Source: Takakia lepidozioides (lineage: Eukaryota > Plantae > Bryophyta). From it: a stretch of 64,000 nucleotides of DNA. A program made the translations under genes and the position numbers. This document shows, piece by piece, positions 13,723 to 24,304 of this stretch (its first letter is position 1; every line of letters starts with the position of its first letter). The notes beneath the pieces are model-generated. The model searched no databases. It was not told the DNA's origin and saw only the letters and a program-made list of their open reading frames with translations. The stretch spans positions 20,088,001-20,152,000 of the forward strand of contig CM060731.1 in the NCBI GenBank assembly GCA_030704615.1, given 5' to 3'.

Positions 13723-15120
13723 AAGACTCACTTGGGTAGATAGAATATCCATCCATATATAGATGAAATATGTAAATAAAAAAATAAACCAAAGGCGCTG
13801 GACTTTGTGTGAACGAGGGTACCTAGTTGTATGCGGCCCCACATGCCTATTGCATGCAAGGCCCACATGCAGTCCATGTGCTAGCTAAGTTTGGCGAAGG
13901 TTGTAGAATAGAGAATATAGGAGCAAAAAATCTAGAATGGAGGGAGCGCGTGAGCAGGCATGTGGGTAGTGCTTCGATAGTTGGGGGCAGGGAGTTCGGA
14001 AAGTTCATCGTTGGTAGTGGAAAAGTGGGCCATTGCAAGGAGGAGGAAAGGAGGCTTGGAAGTGGGCTAGAGGCTTGGCAATAGTTCAGATAGAGGCATA
14101 GGCATGCATAATGCGGCACACACATACACAACATGTGCAGCAAGGGTGGGCCTTGGGTGTACTTTGAAGCTGGATAGTTTTTCATATTTTTTCAAGTGTT
14201 GTATGCAAACATAAGGGTTGGATATACTTCGATACAGGAAGTCTCATGACTTATTTGACAACTTATACTTTTATTATGTCAAATTATTTTTGAATATTAT
14301 GCTTGAAATTAGTTTTGCGACACACTTCTCTATGTTTCAATCTGAAGTTGTATGCCTATGGAACGTTTTTCCGAAGATTGTGAAGTAAATATGTACACAT
14401 TAATCTGGCAAGTGGCACCTTTGTATGGAAAGTATTTTGTTGGATGAAGCCCTAAAATTGCACCGGTACCAAACAATGACGTATCTGTTGACCATATGCA
14501 CCAACTTGACTGGATGAACTACATTTTATTTACACATCTCATAGCCTATACTACATATTCACTCAATAGGCTTAGGGGGCAGTAGCCGTAAGACGAAGTG
14601 GCTCTTAGTTACGCCCGAGTCTTCTCTCTCTCTCTTTTCAGTAGACATCATGTATAGAAGTATATCCAAAGGCTTATGTTTGCATACAACACCTGAAAAA
14701 TATGAAAGCTATCCACCTTTAAAGTACACCCAAGGCCCACCCCTAGGGAATTCCAAAAAGGCCTTGATGTGAAATGCAGCGCAATTCACTTGATCAGATG
14801 CCAATTCAATTGAATTGCGATGCCAATTCAACTGAACTAACCCTAATTTGCAATTCAATTGAATCGCCAGTTGGCAATTCAATTGAATTGTAATCTATAA
14901 TTTTTAACGCAGTTTTGTATATAATATATATAATATATTATCATGTATATGTATATGTATATGTATCGTATACACATATACATACGAGAGTATAAGCTGA
15001 ATATACATGCTGGCCCGTCTATTCCTGCTGCCCGTCCATCCTTTGCTTGTGGTAAGGCCTAAGTCACGACATGAGTCGCGTAGCCTAAAGGAGAGATATA
15101 TACTACACATATATACTAGT

Positions 15121-15368
15121 AGAGGTATCGTCATTAGGTTGTAGCCCTGTTTGATATATCTACAGAGGTATAGTATTTCATTTTACAAGAAAAGTTGGCC
15201 AAATTAATTTATATTTATGCGGAGGTATCGTCATGAGACACTAGCCCTGTTTAGTATACCACCAGAGGTATAGCGCCTGACTTACAAAGAAACCTGGTCA
15301 AATCAGCCTATATGCAGGTTGAGGTATCGTTATGAGGTAGTTGCCCTGTTTAGTATACCTATAGAGGG
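15121..15368. repeat. 100-bp-period subterminal tandem repeat (~2.5 copies)
   Basis: gaggtatcgt(c/t)at..gccctgttt..tata..agagg recurs at ~15122, 15222 and 15321. Confidence 0.85.
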
Positions 15369-15773
15369 ATTGGCAACGTACGCATTCTTATCTCTGTTTT
15401 TATCCCAGTCTCGCTTGTTAGATTCTACAGCTGTTCATCGCGTAGCACTTGGCTACATGATTGTCTATTGTTTCTGGTTTACTCAATAAGAAGAGTGAGA
15501 TAGAAATGTCAAGTGAGTTTTTCATGGTACGTGTCATGGTTGGGTGGACAGGAAGAGGCCAAGGAAGAGGCAGCAGCAGAGCTGACACATTTGGTAAGGC
15601 AACCGTGTCCATCCTGAGTATGAAGGATGCTGCACCCTCGGAAATACAAGATGCTTCAAGTAAGTTCAAAGAGCTTTCTTCTCTTTCTGGTGTGCTGGAT
15701 ATGTATGCGGAGCACAACTAATATCACCTTAGGTGCCAAGGGAGAAACAAACAACCAGACCCTATTTCATTTC

Positions 15774-15804
<31 letters not shown>

Positions 15805-15807
<3 letters not shown>

Positions 15808-17411
15808 TTTCTCCCTGTCCTCTAGGAAGCCTCTTGACATTGGGTGGACTTGAAACGGGAGTACATTAATGTCTGTGTCACTAAATGTCGGCCTTCTGAC
15901 CTCGTGTCCTTGTTTGTTTCGACCTTAAGCGTTTTGCTTCAGGTAAGGTAGTGCATTGGATTTAGTTGGAAAGCTTGGGGCCTTTCCCTCTTTAGAATAT
16001 GCCTACACGGGCCATTCCCTGCAACTCCCTGGAGTGTGATCTCTGAATGGTAACAAGCGGACTCCTACCGCTTGGGGGCAGCCCCTCCGCCCAAATTGGG
16101 CAGTCGTATGCTCTGTCTAGCATACTCGGCATTTGGGCTCGGGTTGGTTCCTGTGCTTAAACTTATGGCCTACGAAAACAATCAAAAATTTAGCTCCTAT
16201 CAACATCAACACTCCTCAGGGTGATCCCTGGGAATTTGTTACTTATGCCAAATCTAGGGCTTCATGTGTAGTTTTTGGGGTGAATCCCAGGATGGACGAT
16301 GTGTCCTTTAAAACTACATGCTCTACCTTAGGCTTGGATTTCATGGTTAATGGTACCATCTCGAGACTTGATAACAGGGGTACGTTGAAGGTTGCAATGA
16401 CCAAAAGTGCTTCTAATAGAGTCCCGCATCAATTCAATCTCAAATAAGTTCGTCCGTGATTTCTTGTTTGACAATTGTGAAATTATCAACAAGGGTTTGA
16501 GGTACGAGCATAGTATCTGGCTAAAACTGAATTTGAAGGGCGGCATGAGCACTCTGCTGGACCTCTTTGCCCGTTGTGTTTACATGCCCACAGAGGGGAC
16601 CCTGTGTGCTGACGCAGACAAGGCCTCACAAGTTTTGAAGCTGGACTGTGCTTCGTTCCTTGCCAAAGGTCAGGTGGTACTATTGGGGGACTTCAATGCC
16701 TGGGTGGGCAAAGGGATCCATCAGGACGATATCATTGGACCTTTTGGTGAGGACGAGCTGAATTCTAATGGCAGACGGTTAATTAACTGTCTAGAAGAGC
16801 TTCAGCTTTTGACCTTGAATAACAGGACAAGAGGTGACCAAGTGCAGTGGACTCGTGGGAAACCCCAAACTGGGGAACGTTCCATTGTGGACTATATCAT
16901 AATGGACAAAATTTTGTTCCCCCAGTGTGCCGATGTGTTGATTGACAGAACTGATATTGGTACCTCTGACCACTTGCTGGTTTGGACTGACATCAAAAGG
17001 TGTTTTCCCACCACCAAGAGATTTGTGAAACGTTCGATTCGGAAGTGGCGCATAGAAAAATTCCACAATGAGGAGGTCAAGGCTGAGTACGTCCAGGCCT
17101 TGCAAGAGGCTCTCCCTCATTTTGTCCAATCGCTCCAAGAACTTCAGTCACGCTCTGTTAACGCAATAAATGAAGTCGAAAGAGCAGTGGACTCTTGGGA
17201 GAGTTTCGTTTCCTCCGTGGCTGACAAGATCATTGGGAGGAAACTAATTGTCTGCGGTAGAGCAGTTAGTTGGTGGACTAATGAGATTAAACTCAAGATA
17301 GCTGAGAGAGGAGCCCTCTATAAACAGTGCTGCAATTTGGAAACCAACAGAGAATTGTGGGCGAGGTACTACCAGCTCCGTAAAGATATCAATCAGCTTG
17401 TTAGGTCTTAG
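15805..17411 (+). mobile_element. 5' part of an RTE/RTEX-like LINE (5'UTR plus AP-endonuclease), 3'-truncated, following a (CT)n tract
   Basis: APE motifs VYMP, VVLLGDFNA, GEDELNSNGRRL, SIVDYII, SDH, then WW..EIK linker. (CT)n at 15777-15804 lies directly upstream. Confidence 0.85.
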
Positions 17412-17621
17412 TAAAAATTATACTGGGACAAGTTATACAGTGAAATAAACTCAAACCACTATGGTGGTAATGACAAGAAATTATGCTTGGCCCTTCAACG
17501 TTTGTAGTCACGCTCTGTAGAGGTATTGAGCACAAGGGGAAGCAATATAACTTGGCATAGGGGCTGATATGGACTTGACATTGATCTTCCATGTGCACAC
17601 CTCTCTCCATGTGCTGCTCAT

Positions 17622-17839
17622 CCACCACTCTACCCACTGCCTGCGTATCGCTGGTTTGACTAAGTGACTGGTCACTAGATCACTAGTCACACCTTCATAG
17701 GAGTGGGCATGTGGCTTGCAAGTGTTGGGCTGCCAATAACAAACCCACTACAACGTTGCACTACAACCATAATCTCATCACTATTGCAGAACTCAGCATT
17801 CATGCTCTCGATTCCCACTCCAGCCTTTCAAATTCCTCA
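17622..17839 (-). pseudogene. Captured fragments of a flavodiiron protein gene (Flv1/FLVA-like)
   Basis: Minus strand 17827-17693 reads KAGVGIESMNAEFCNSDEIMVVVQRCSGFVIGSPTLASHMPTPMK followed by a GT donor (flavodoxin domain). 17663-17622 reads SQTSDTQAVGRVV (start of the flavin-reductase domain). Confidence 0.82.
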
Positions 17840-18569
17840 ACTTCCATTCAGCATCCCATGAACCCCACATGCAGCCCGAGTGTTATTACAAGCACGTTAT
17901 GTGCTTTGGTAAATACTGTTGTTGGAATGAGGCAAAGCCCTCAAACCTTGGCCAAATGTTTATGCAAACCTCCTTAAACTGCTTGTGAGCTAAATGGGTT
18001 TGATGTGCATGCCAGGGTTAGCTCCATCTCATTTTTTGGATGACCCTTTGGGAGACAGATGGCTTACTCAGAAGTGCTTCAGCTTCCTCTGATTCACTGG
18101 CAAAAGAAATATGGCTAGCTCTGAAAGAAACAGACAATTTCAAACCTCACAATTGATGAATGGCTTCCCCTGCATCATCATGTACTCCCCTGGCACTAGT
18201 ATCTGGCCCCCATGACACAACCCCAGAGAAAACAAAAGACATGTTCATTTCGAGAATTATCTCCAATAATCTTGTTTCGATACCCTTACAAAGGTATCAT
18301 GTTGCAATTGGGCTGTGTGTTTGATAGAGAGTTTAATATATCAACTCTTAGACGTTGATACTCTTATAGTGGTATCATGTTTGGTATATGTACATAGCCA
18401 TATATTGGCACTATAAGGGCTTGGCAGTATGAAATTGGTTAGTGTCTCAAGGTGCAGATGAAACATGCTAACATATTTAGATTGTAGCAACACCCACCAG
18501 TCAAACTCATCCTCAGAAGAGATTGATACACAAAAATTTCTCAGGGTCGTTGGTGCGCAGGCTTTTGTC

Positions 18570-18652
18570 AAGGGCTTGATATCATCATCGGTCAACTCAA
18601 AGTCAAAGACATCAAGGTTCTACTTCAATCTCTCCATCTTGTCTGACTTAGG
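18570..18652 (-). pseudogene. Captured aldo-keto reductase C-terminal fragment
   Basis: PKSDKMERLK*NLDVFDFELTDDDIKPL matches the AKR motif IPKS...RLxENxxVFDFELTxED. Confidence 0.75.
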
Positions 18653-18994
18653 ATTTTTATTACTGTATGCAAAATTCTTAGATTATGAATAGAGGGTTCT
18701 TGAAAATGAGGCAAGTTGGTCATCATTGTCTCATATGTGGGGCAGACAAAGATTGTTGGAGATAAAAGCGGCCTCATGAGCCTCACGCTGTGCACTTCCC
18801 AATGAAACCCAACAATTTCACAACCCTCCAGAGATCGTACAACCCAGGCCCTGCCCCCAAGTAGTATGGTTTGATGTTTAGGGTGTATGGTTCAATATGG
18901 ACAATGGATATGATGATGACATTTATTTAACAGAAATCCTCAAAGTACGTGACATAAAATAATTATCTTTGAATGTGATTGTCCACTTATTCAG

Positions 18995-20730
18995 TTAATC
19001 ACAATTACATACAAGAGCTTGTGTAATTAAAAGTTGGAGAGCTTCCCTACTTAACACGGTATTACCAATGAGGTCCAATTGATCAAAATATCTATGTTCA
19101 TGCGTTGCCAAACCACAATACCGAGACATGTAGTAGTGGAGATGAAAACAAGAGATCGAATCCTTCCCAACCTTTCCAATTTCATAAGCTTGTGCACGGA
19201 CACGAACCATGTCAGGAATGAGTTCAGCTCCTTTGGTAGGAAGGTCATGCAAACCACCTGCACATCGCCACCTTTGATTCCCACGAGGCCCCAAGTCTTG
19301 GTTACCAATGTGTCGGGGGTCTTCCCTGAATCGTGGGTCATCAATAAGGTGGCTGGTCCATCTACATGATCAAACACATCACCACATTAGAATAACATTC
19401 CAATGTAAATTGTAGCTTAACAATGAAAGTACAAACAAGAGAAAACCATGAGCTTACCCATGCAAACGTTCATACTCACGAAAGAAACGAGTAGGAACAT
19501 GTGATCGACGATATCGACCGTTTTCATTAATCGTGCGAACTCGATGTCCATTCCAAATCTTCACGTATTCATCAACAGCTTCTTGTAGTATGGGCATATA
19601 TATGTCAATAAAAGATTCTCGTTGCCACGGATCGTCCATATCCAATAATCCATCATTGACCATTGCTTGGAAGCAATTTTTGTAGTAGAACATTACCTTC
19701 TCCCATAGATGCCGCCAAAAGTGTTCAATCCTTAACGTGGTGATTACACCACACAAAGTATTAGGAATATGCACAACATTACACACTCAATGATTAATAA
19801 AGATGAACCAAGAAATATGACAGAAACGTAAAGTTGATATGCAAGATAGAATTGTATAGAACACTAACCTGATTGTGTGTAGAAGACCCAGTCAAGTACG
19901 GATTGGGTGTTTCAGAACGTGTGGCTTCAATGTGTTGTTTAATAAGAGAGTGTTCTACTGCAAAATCAGATCGAATTCGTAAAGGTGCTCCAAACTTGGA
20001 AACTGCATCATGATATCATTTGAAAATGGTTTTTTTTTTCTTGTTTCTTGCAATGTTCGCCCATAAAACAAAATGAGAGGCCCCATCAATGCCAGCATGT
20101 ACTCGAAGACCAAACATAACCAATTTGTCATAAGCTGCACCACGAATTGCACACATGTTTTAGTTTGCCTACAATTTTGTGCGATATGTAATGCAAGAAA
20201 ACGTCTTGCATGTGCATCTTCAAAGAACATTAAGATGCATGAGATAAAATACTTACAGTCAATGTGCCATAGAGCCATAGGCATTGTCACATTATACTGA
20301 GTCCTCCAAATTGCCTGTGCCCTTCTCCTACGCTCATAATGGTAGGGTGAGATGATTTTCAAAGCTTCCCCCACCTTCCTTCGAGGAATCCGCCAATTTG
20401 ACCTCCTTAAGGCAGATTGCACTGTTCTCATTCCCAATTTGTCCCATTCTCTTCAATAGGAAGTAACTCTTGAATCTTTTCACACAAGCGTTGGACACTC
20501 AATTGATGATGAACTTTGAAATGAGACCCTTGGACTTCTGATAGCAATCTTCTCAATGGTCGTACATCATCAAAAGAAAGGGCAGTGGCGATTGATTTCA
20601 TTGTGGCACCCTCATTCAACATTGCTTCCACATAAAGTACTAAATCATCCACTACTTTGTCACCATCCAAATGGTTGTTTTCCATGCTCACATGATCTGT
20701 CTTATCTCTGCTTAATAGCCCCAGTGCCAA
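18995..20730 (-). pseudogene. Decayed intron-containing DDE transposase (IS3EU-like integrase core)
   Basis: GMRTVQSALR..YNVTMPMALWHID / SYDKL..VHAGIDGAS..FGAPLRIRSD..LTGSSTHNQ / RIEHFWR..GLLD..WNGHRVRT. Introns 20256-20135 and 19868-~19734. Frameshift near 20437; in-frame TGA at 20016-20018. Confidence 0.88.
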
Positions 20731-22204
20731 TGCCTTCGACCTTGCCCTTGTTGTAATTGTTTGCTGTTAATTCTGTAGTCACTGCATCCACTCACACACT
20801 CCCCATAGGACTTACGTCACTAAAGTTCACATAGGCTATCAAGTAGATGAACCAAATGTACTTTGAAACAACAACTACTCTATCCTAAAATGTATTAGTA
20901 AACCACAATACACAGTGTGGGCAGGTTGAAGACAAACCATGTGATCAAGCTCTTTCTTTCAGTGTGTGTATTGAGGAGCGTTTGGTAACCCACTCTACTA
21001 CCCCTAAAGTTCTCTCCTCAAAACTCATGAGTCACCTACACGTACACAAGAACTACAGCTTTAGCTAAAATGATATCTTTATCAATGATTGGGGGAACTC
21101 ATGCCAATATGGGAATGTGCTTACTCATGGGCAGATCTTGTCATTTGGTGATCCAAGAAGGCTTCCATCATACATAGCGCCACCACCGCTCAACCCTAAA
21201 CTTGTTGTTGCATTCTTCTCTCGTTACTTCTCGTCCTCCAACTGATTTGATCCTTTCACTTTTAGGGCACTTCTGCCCTAAAAACCCTTCATCACTTCAT
21301 TTCTCTCTCCCTTTCCCTCGCTCTCGCTCTCTCTCTAGTATATATCTCTCCTTTAGGCTACGCGACTCATGTCGTGACTTAGGCCTTACCACAAGCAAAG
21401 GATGGACGGGCAGCAGGAATAGACGGGCCAACATGTATATTCAGCTTATACTCTCGTATGTATATGTGTATATGATATATATATATATACATATACATGA
21501 TAATATATTATATATATTATATACAAAACTGCGTTAAAAATTATAGATTACAATTCAATTGAATTGCAGTCAGCAATTCAATTGAATCGCTCGCCAGTTG
21601 GCAATTCAATTGAATTGCAAATTAGGGTTAGTTCAATTGAATTGGCATCGCAATTCAATCAAATTGGCATCTGATTCAAGTGAATTGCGCTGCATTTCAC
21701 ATCAAGGCCTTTTTGGAATTCCCTACCTGCTGTGCATGTTGTATACGTGTGTGCCTATCCTGTATGCCTCTAGCCCGCTTCCAAGCCTCCGACCTCCTCC
21801 TTGCAATGGCCCCACTGTCCCAATACCAATGATGAATACCAATGATGAACTGTTCAAACTCCCTACCCCAACTATCAAAGCACTACCACTGCCTGCTCCT
21901 ACAGTTCCTCCATTCTAAATTTTTTGCTCCCTCCATTCTAGAACCTTCGCCAAACTTGGTGGCGCATGGATTGCATGTGGGCCTCGCATGCAATAGCTAT
22001 TTGGGGCCACATGCAACATCATCCATACAAGTCCTAGGACGTCGTAGCGCATGTGGTGCATTTTAGTTTTTCAATGATTGGATTACATATTGGTGCTAAT
22101 TTAGGGTTTCATCCAGCACGAGACTTTATATACAAAGGTGCCACCAGGGTTAGTGTATAGAATTGGGGATCCCTTTGCAGCCAATTACTAGTGCTACAGG
22201 GTGT

Positions 22205-22620
22205 TAGATCATGACTTCATCCCCTCCACTTGGGAGTCCACAACCTGAAGTTGAGGATGGGGAGGTCCATTGGAGACATCAGTGGGTTTGCCCCTGCTTA
22301 GCAAGCCACACTTAGACTTGGCAGCGGTCTGATGTTAGTTGTGGCTTGGTTCCCTTTTGTTACTTTCTCTGGCGGCTTTCGGCCTCTGCCCTTTCTGGGT
22401 TTCTTAGTTCTGATCCTCTGGGTCTTCCCTTCGGTCTTGTCATGGGTGGTATCCCCTTAGTTCGCCTGTATGGCCCTTGCAGGGTTATTTTTTCCCAGCT
22501 TTCTTCTCCTAATTAGCATTAATCGGATTGTTGTATACCGGCCCCGGCCGTTATTTGGGTTTTCCCCCTTTCAATATGATGTACAAGGCCGGCCTCTTGT
22601 CTTCAAAAAAAAATAAAAAT
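22205..22620 (+). mobile_element. Possible 3' end of an L1-like retroelement
   Basis: Pyrimidine-rich UTR-like stretch ending in an A-rich tail at ~22605-22619. No convincing TSD. Confidence 0.3.
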
Positions 22621-23621
22621 TACCAATTTATACAACAAGGTGGGCGGCAGGGCTTGCATGAATTCCATGCATTTGTTTTCTCCGGAAATGGTCACAGCTT
22701 ACTATACTGCTACAGTGGATGGAAAAATAACTTCAGATATTGCGTTTTGGGGAGCCCACAGCTGCCCATCCACAAGCAGCTAGCACGTGGAAGGTCAGCG
22801 AGTGACATGTTCATCCAGCAAGCAATACCTAAGCAACCCTACACCTAACTTAGTTATGTAGTGTGGACTCAGAATGGCTGCACACCAAACACGGAGAGAC
22901 ACTAACTTACTTTTTGGCTGACTGCTCTCCAGAGCGGTGCGGTGATGTCGAGGTTGACCGTCAGGCAGCGCTCCTAAAAAGGGCCTCCGACAGAGCGTCG
23001 GCATTTTCGAGGCTCATTTCACCTCCCAATTTATCCCATATCGATTGCCCGCGTGAAGCCCATCTGCACAGTATAAAGCAGCTGACGCGGCGTCAGCCGA
23101 CGCCTCCCAGCGCCTCGCCACGTGCAGAAATCGCTGAGCGATCCCCAGCGACCTGCCAGCAGCGCATTGCAGATGAAGGGCATGGGTAGGTCCGGTGAAC
23201 CCGCGCCCGTGTGCATCTCCCGAACCTCTGGATCCCGTCGCTTTTCACCGTGCCTAGTTACGTGGCGTGTCTGGAAGGTCTAATGTGCGGGGGTTGGTGC
23301 GATTCCGCGCCATGTGCGCCGTTGGATCCGAGGATTATCCTAAAATAGAGTGATGTATGGATGAAGCGTTGTCTGTAGCCCTGGTATGACTGAAAGTGTA
23401 CGAATCACATCCGCCCGCTGAAAACACAGGTCTTTCTGTACGGACGGTCCAGCGACCCGTCACCCGGGGAAGAATAAGAATACTTATTTTTACTATTTAC
23501 TTAACTGTGAAGCAGAACAACACGTGCCTGTTCTGCCCCGAGGCCTTCTCGCTCTTCGTTCTGTCTCTCTCGCTCGGGCTTGGCTCTGGCTCTTCTCCTC
23601 AGGATCATAGCCATTCCCGCT

Positions 23622-24168
23622 GAGGGAGCACCTGAGGCAGCTGTACAGCATAATTTCAATTTACAGGGGGATTGTGCATGGAGGAGACAGAATTTTTTTG
23701 TACGAGAGTGAAGTTGTGTAATTCTGTGGCCGCGGGCCTACTTCTGTTGTCTCCAGAGGATTGATGGATTGATCGAGCTCAAAAGAAAGCTGTCCAGGAT
23801 TATTTGGCATAGAGCGCATCATTTATTGATTGGACGGAATTTTTTCTAGTGCTAGTGAACTTGTTGATTCACTTGTCCGCTGGTTATTGCTAGGATTGGT
23901 AGGAACGTGTTATTGAGGGAACTCGTAATGCAGCCCTCCAGCAGCATAATCTCCTCAACCGCGGATTGCTTGTGGAGGAGATAGAAATTTCACTAATCGA
24001 GGGTGGGAAAGTGCAATTTTGGTGAATGCTGGTGCATTGCTTGTGTTGAGATCTGATTCGATTCTTCGAAAAGTTAGAAAGAATTAGGTTGAGGGTGCTC
24101 GTAAGGCAGCTTTCCAGTAATTGTTTCCTCCTGCACCGGATTTTGTATGGAGGTGATAGCAGTTTTCT
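23622..24168 (+). repeat. Three diverged ~80-bp direct repeats upstream of the GPDH ATG
   Basis: gaggg..gcagc..cag..ggatt..tggagg(a/t)ga(c/t)ag..ttt at ~23622, ~23916 and ~24091. Confidence 0.65.
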
Positions 24169-24304
24169 TTAGTGATTGTTAAGATTTGTAATCGGTCTTC
24201 GTTCCTCAGTTTGTGTTGTAGTGTGGTTGAGCGTGAAGTGGCCACGCTTCTGGGGTGAAGGAGGTGTTTTGAACAAGTTAGGCAAAAGCTAGGGTATCAA
24301 GGCT

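Larger units (their letters stand above)
14744..21725 (-). mobile_element. ~7-kb TIR DNA transposon with IS3EU-like DDE transposase and captured gene fragments
   Basis: Near-identical TIRs 14744-15105 and 21336-21725 with termini TAGGGAATTCC...GGAATTCCCTA, flanked by CC on both sides. Internal transposase pseudogene. Confidence 0.88.
13826..22017. mobile_element. Older non-autonomous foldback element (~1.2 kb, ~400-bp diverged TIRs) split by the 14744-21725 insertion
   Basis: 13826-14235 is the inverted complement of 14652-14743 joined to 21726-22017. A core-related fragment also lies at 22092-22144 (inverted vs 14412-14464). Confidence 0.8.

Noticed and set aside
14144-14742. Apparent stand-alone MITE with ~90-bp TIRs
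   Set aside because: The right arm continues at 21726, so it is the inner part of the larger foldback split by the 7-kb insertion.
15121-15368. Regularly spaced repeats resembling a CRISPR array
   Set aside because: Eukaryotic context, the intervening sequences are themselves similar, and there are no cas genes.
21073-21150. Expansin-like peptide NDWGNSCQ..GQILSF inside the transposon
   Set aside because: Too short and divergent to call without a search.
14904-21537. Two near-identical small ORFs (14904-15134 on -, 21202-21537 on +)
   Set aside because: They are translations of the two TIRs and include TA microsatellite; not genes.
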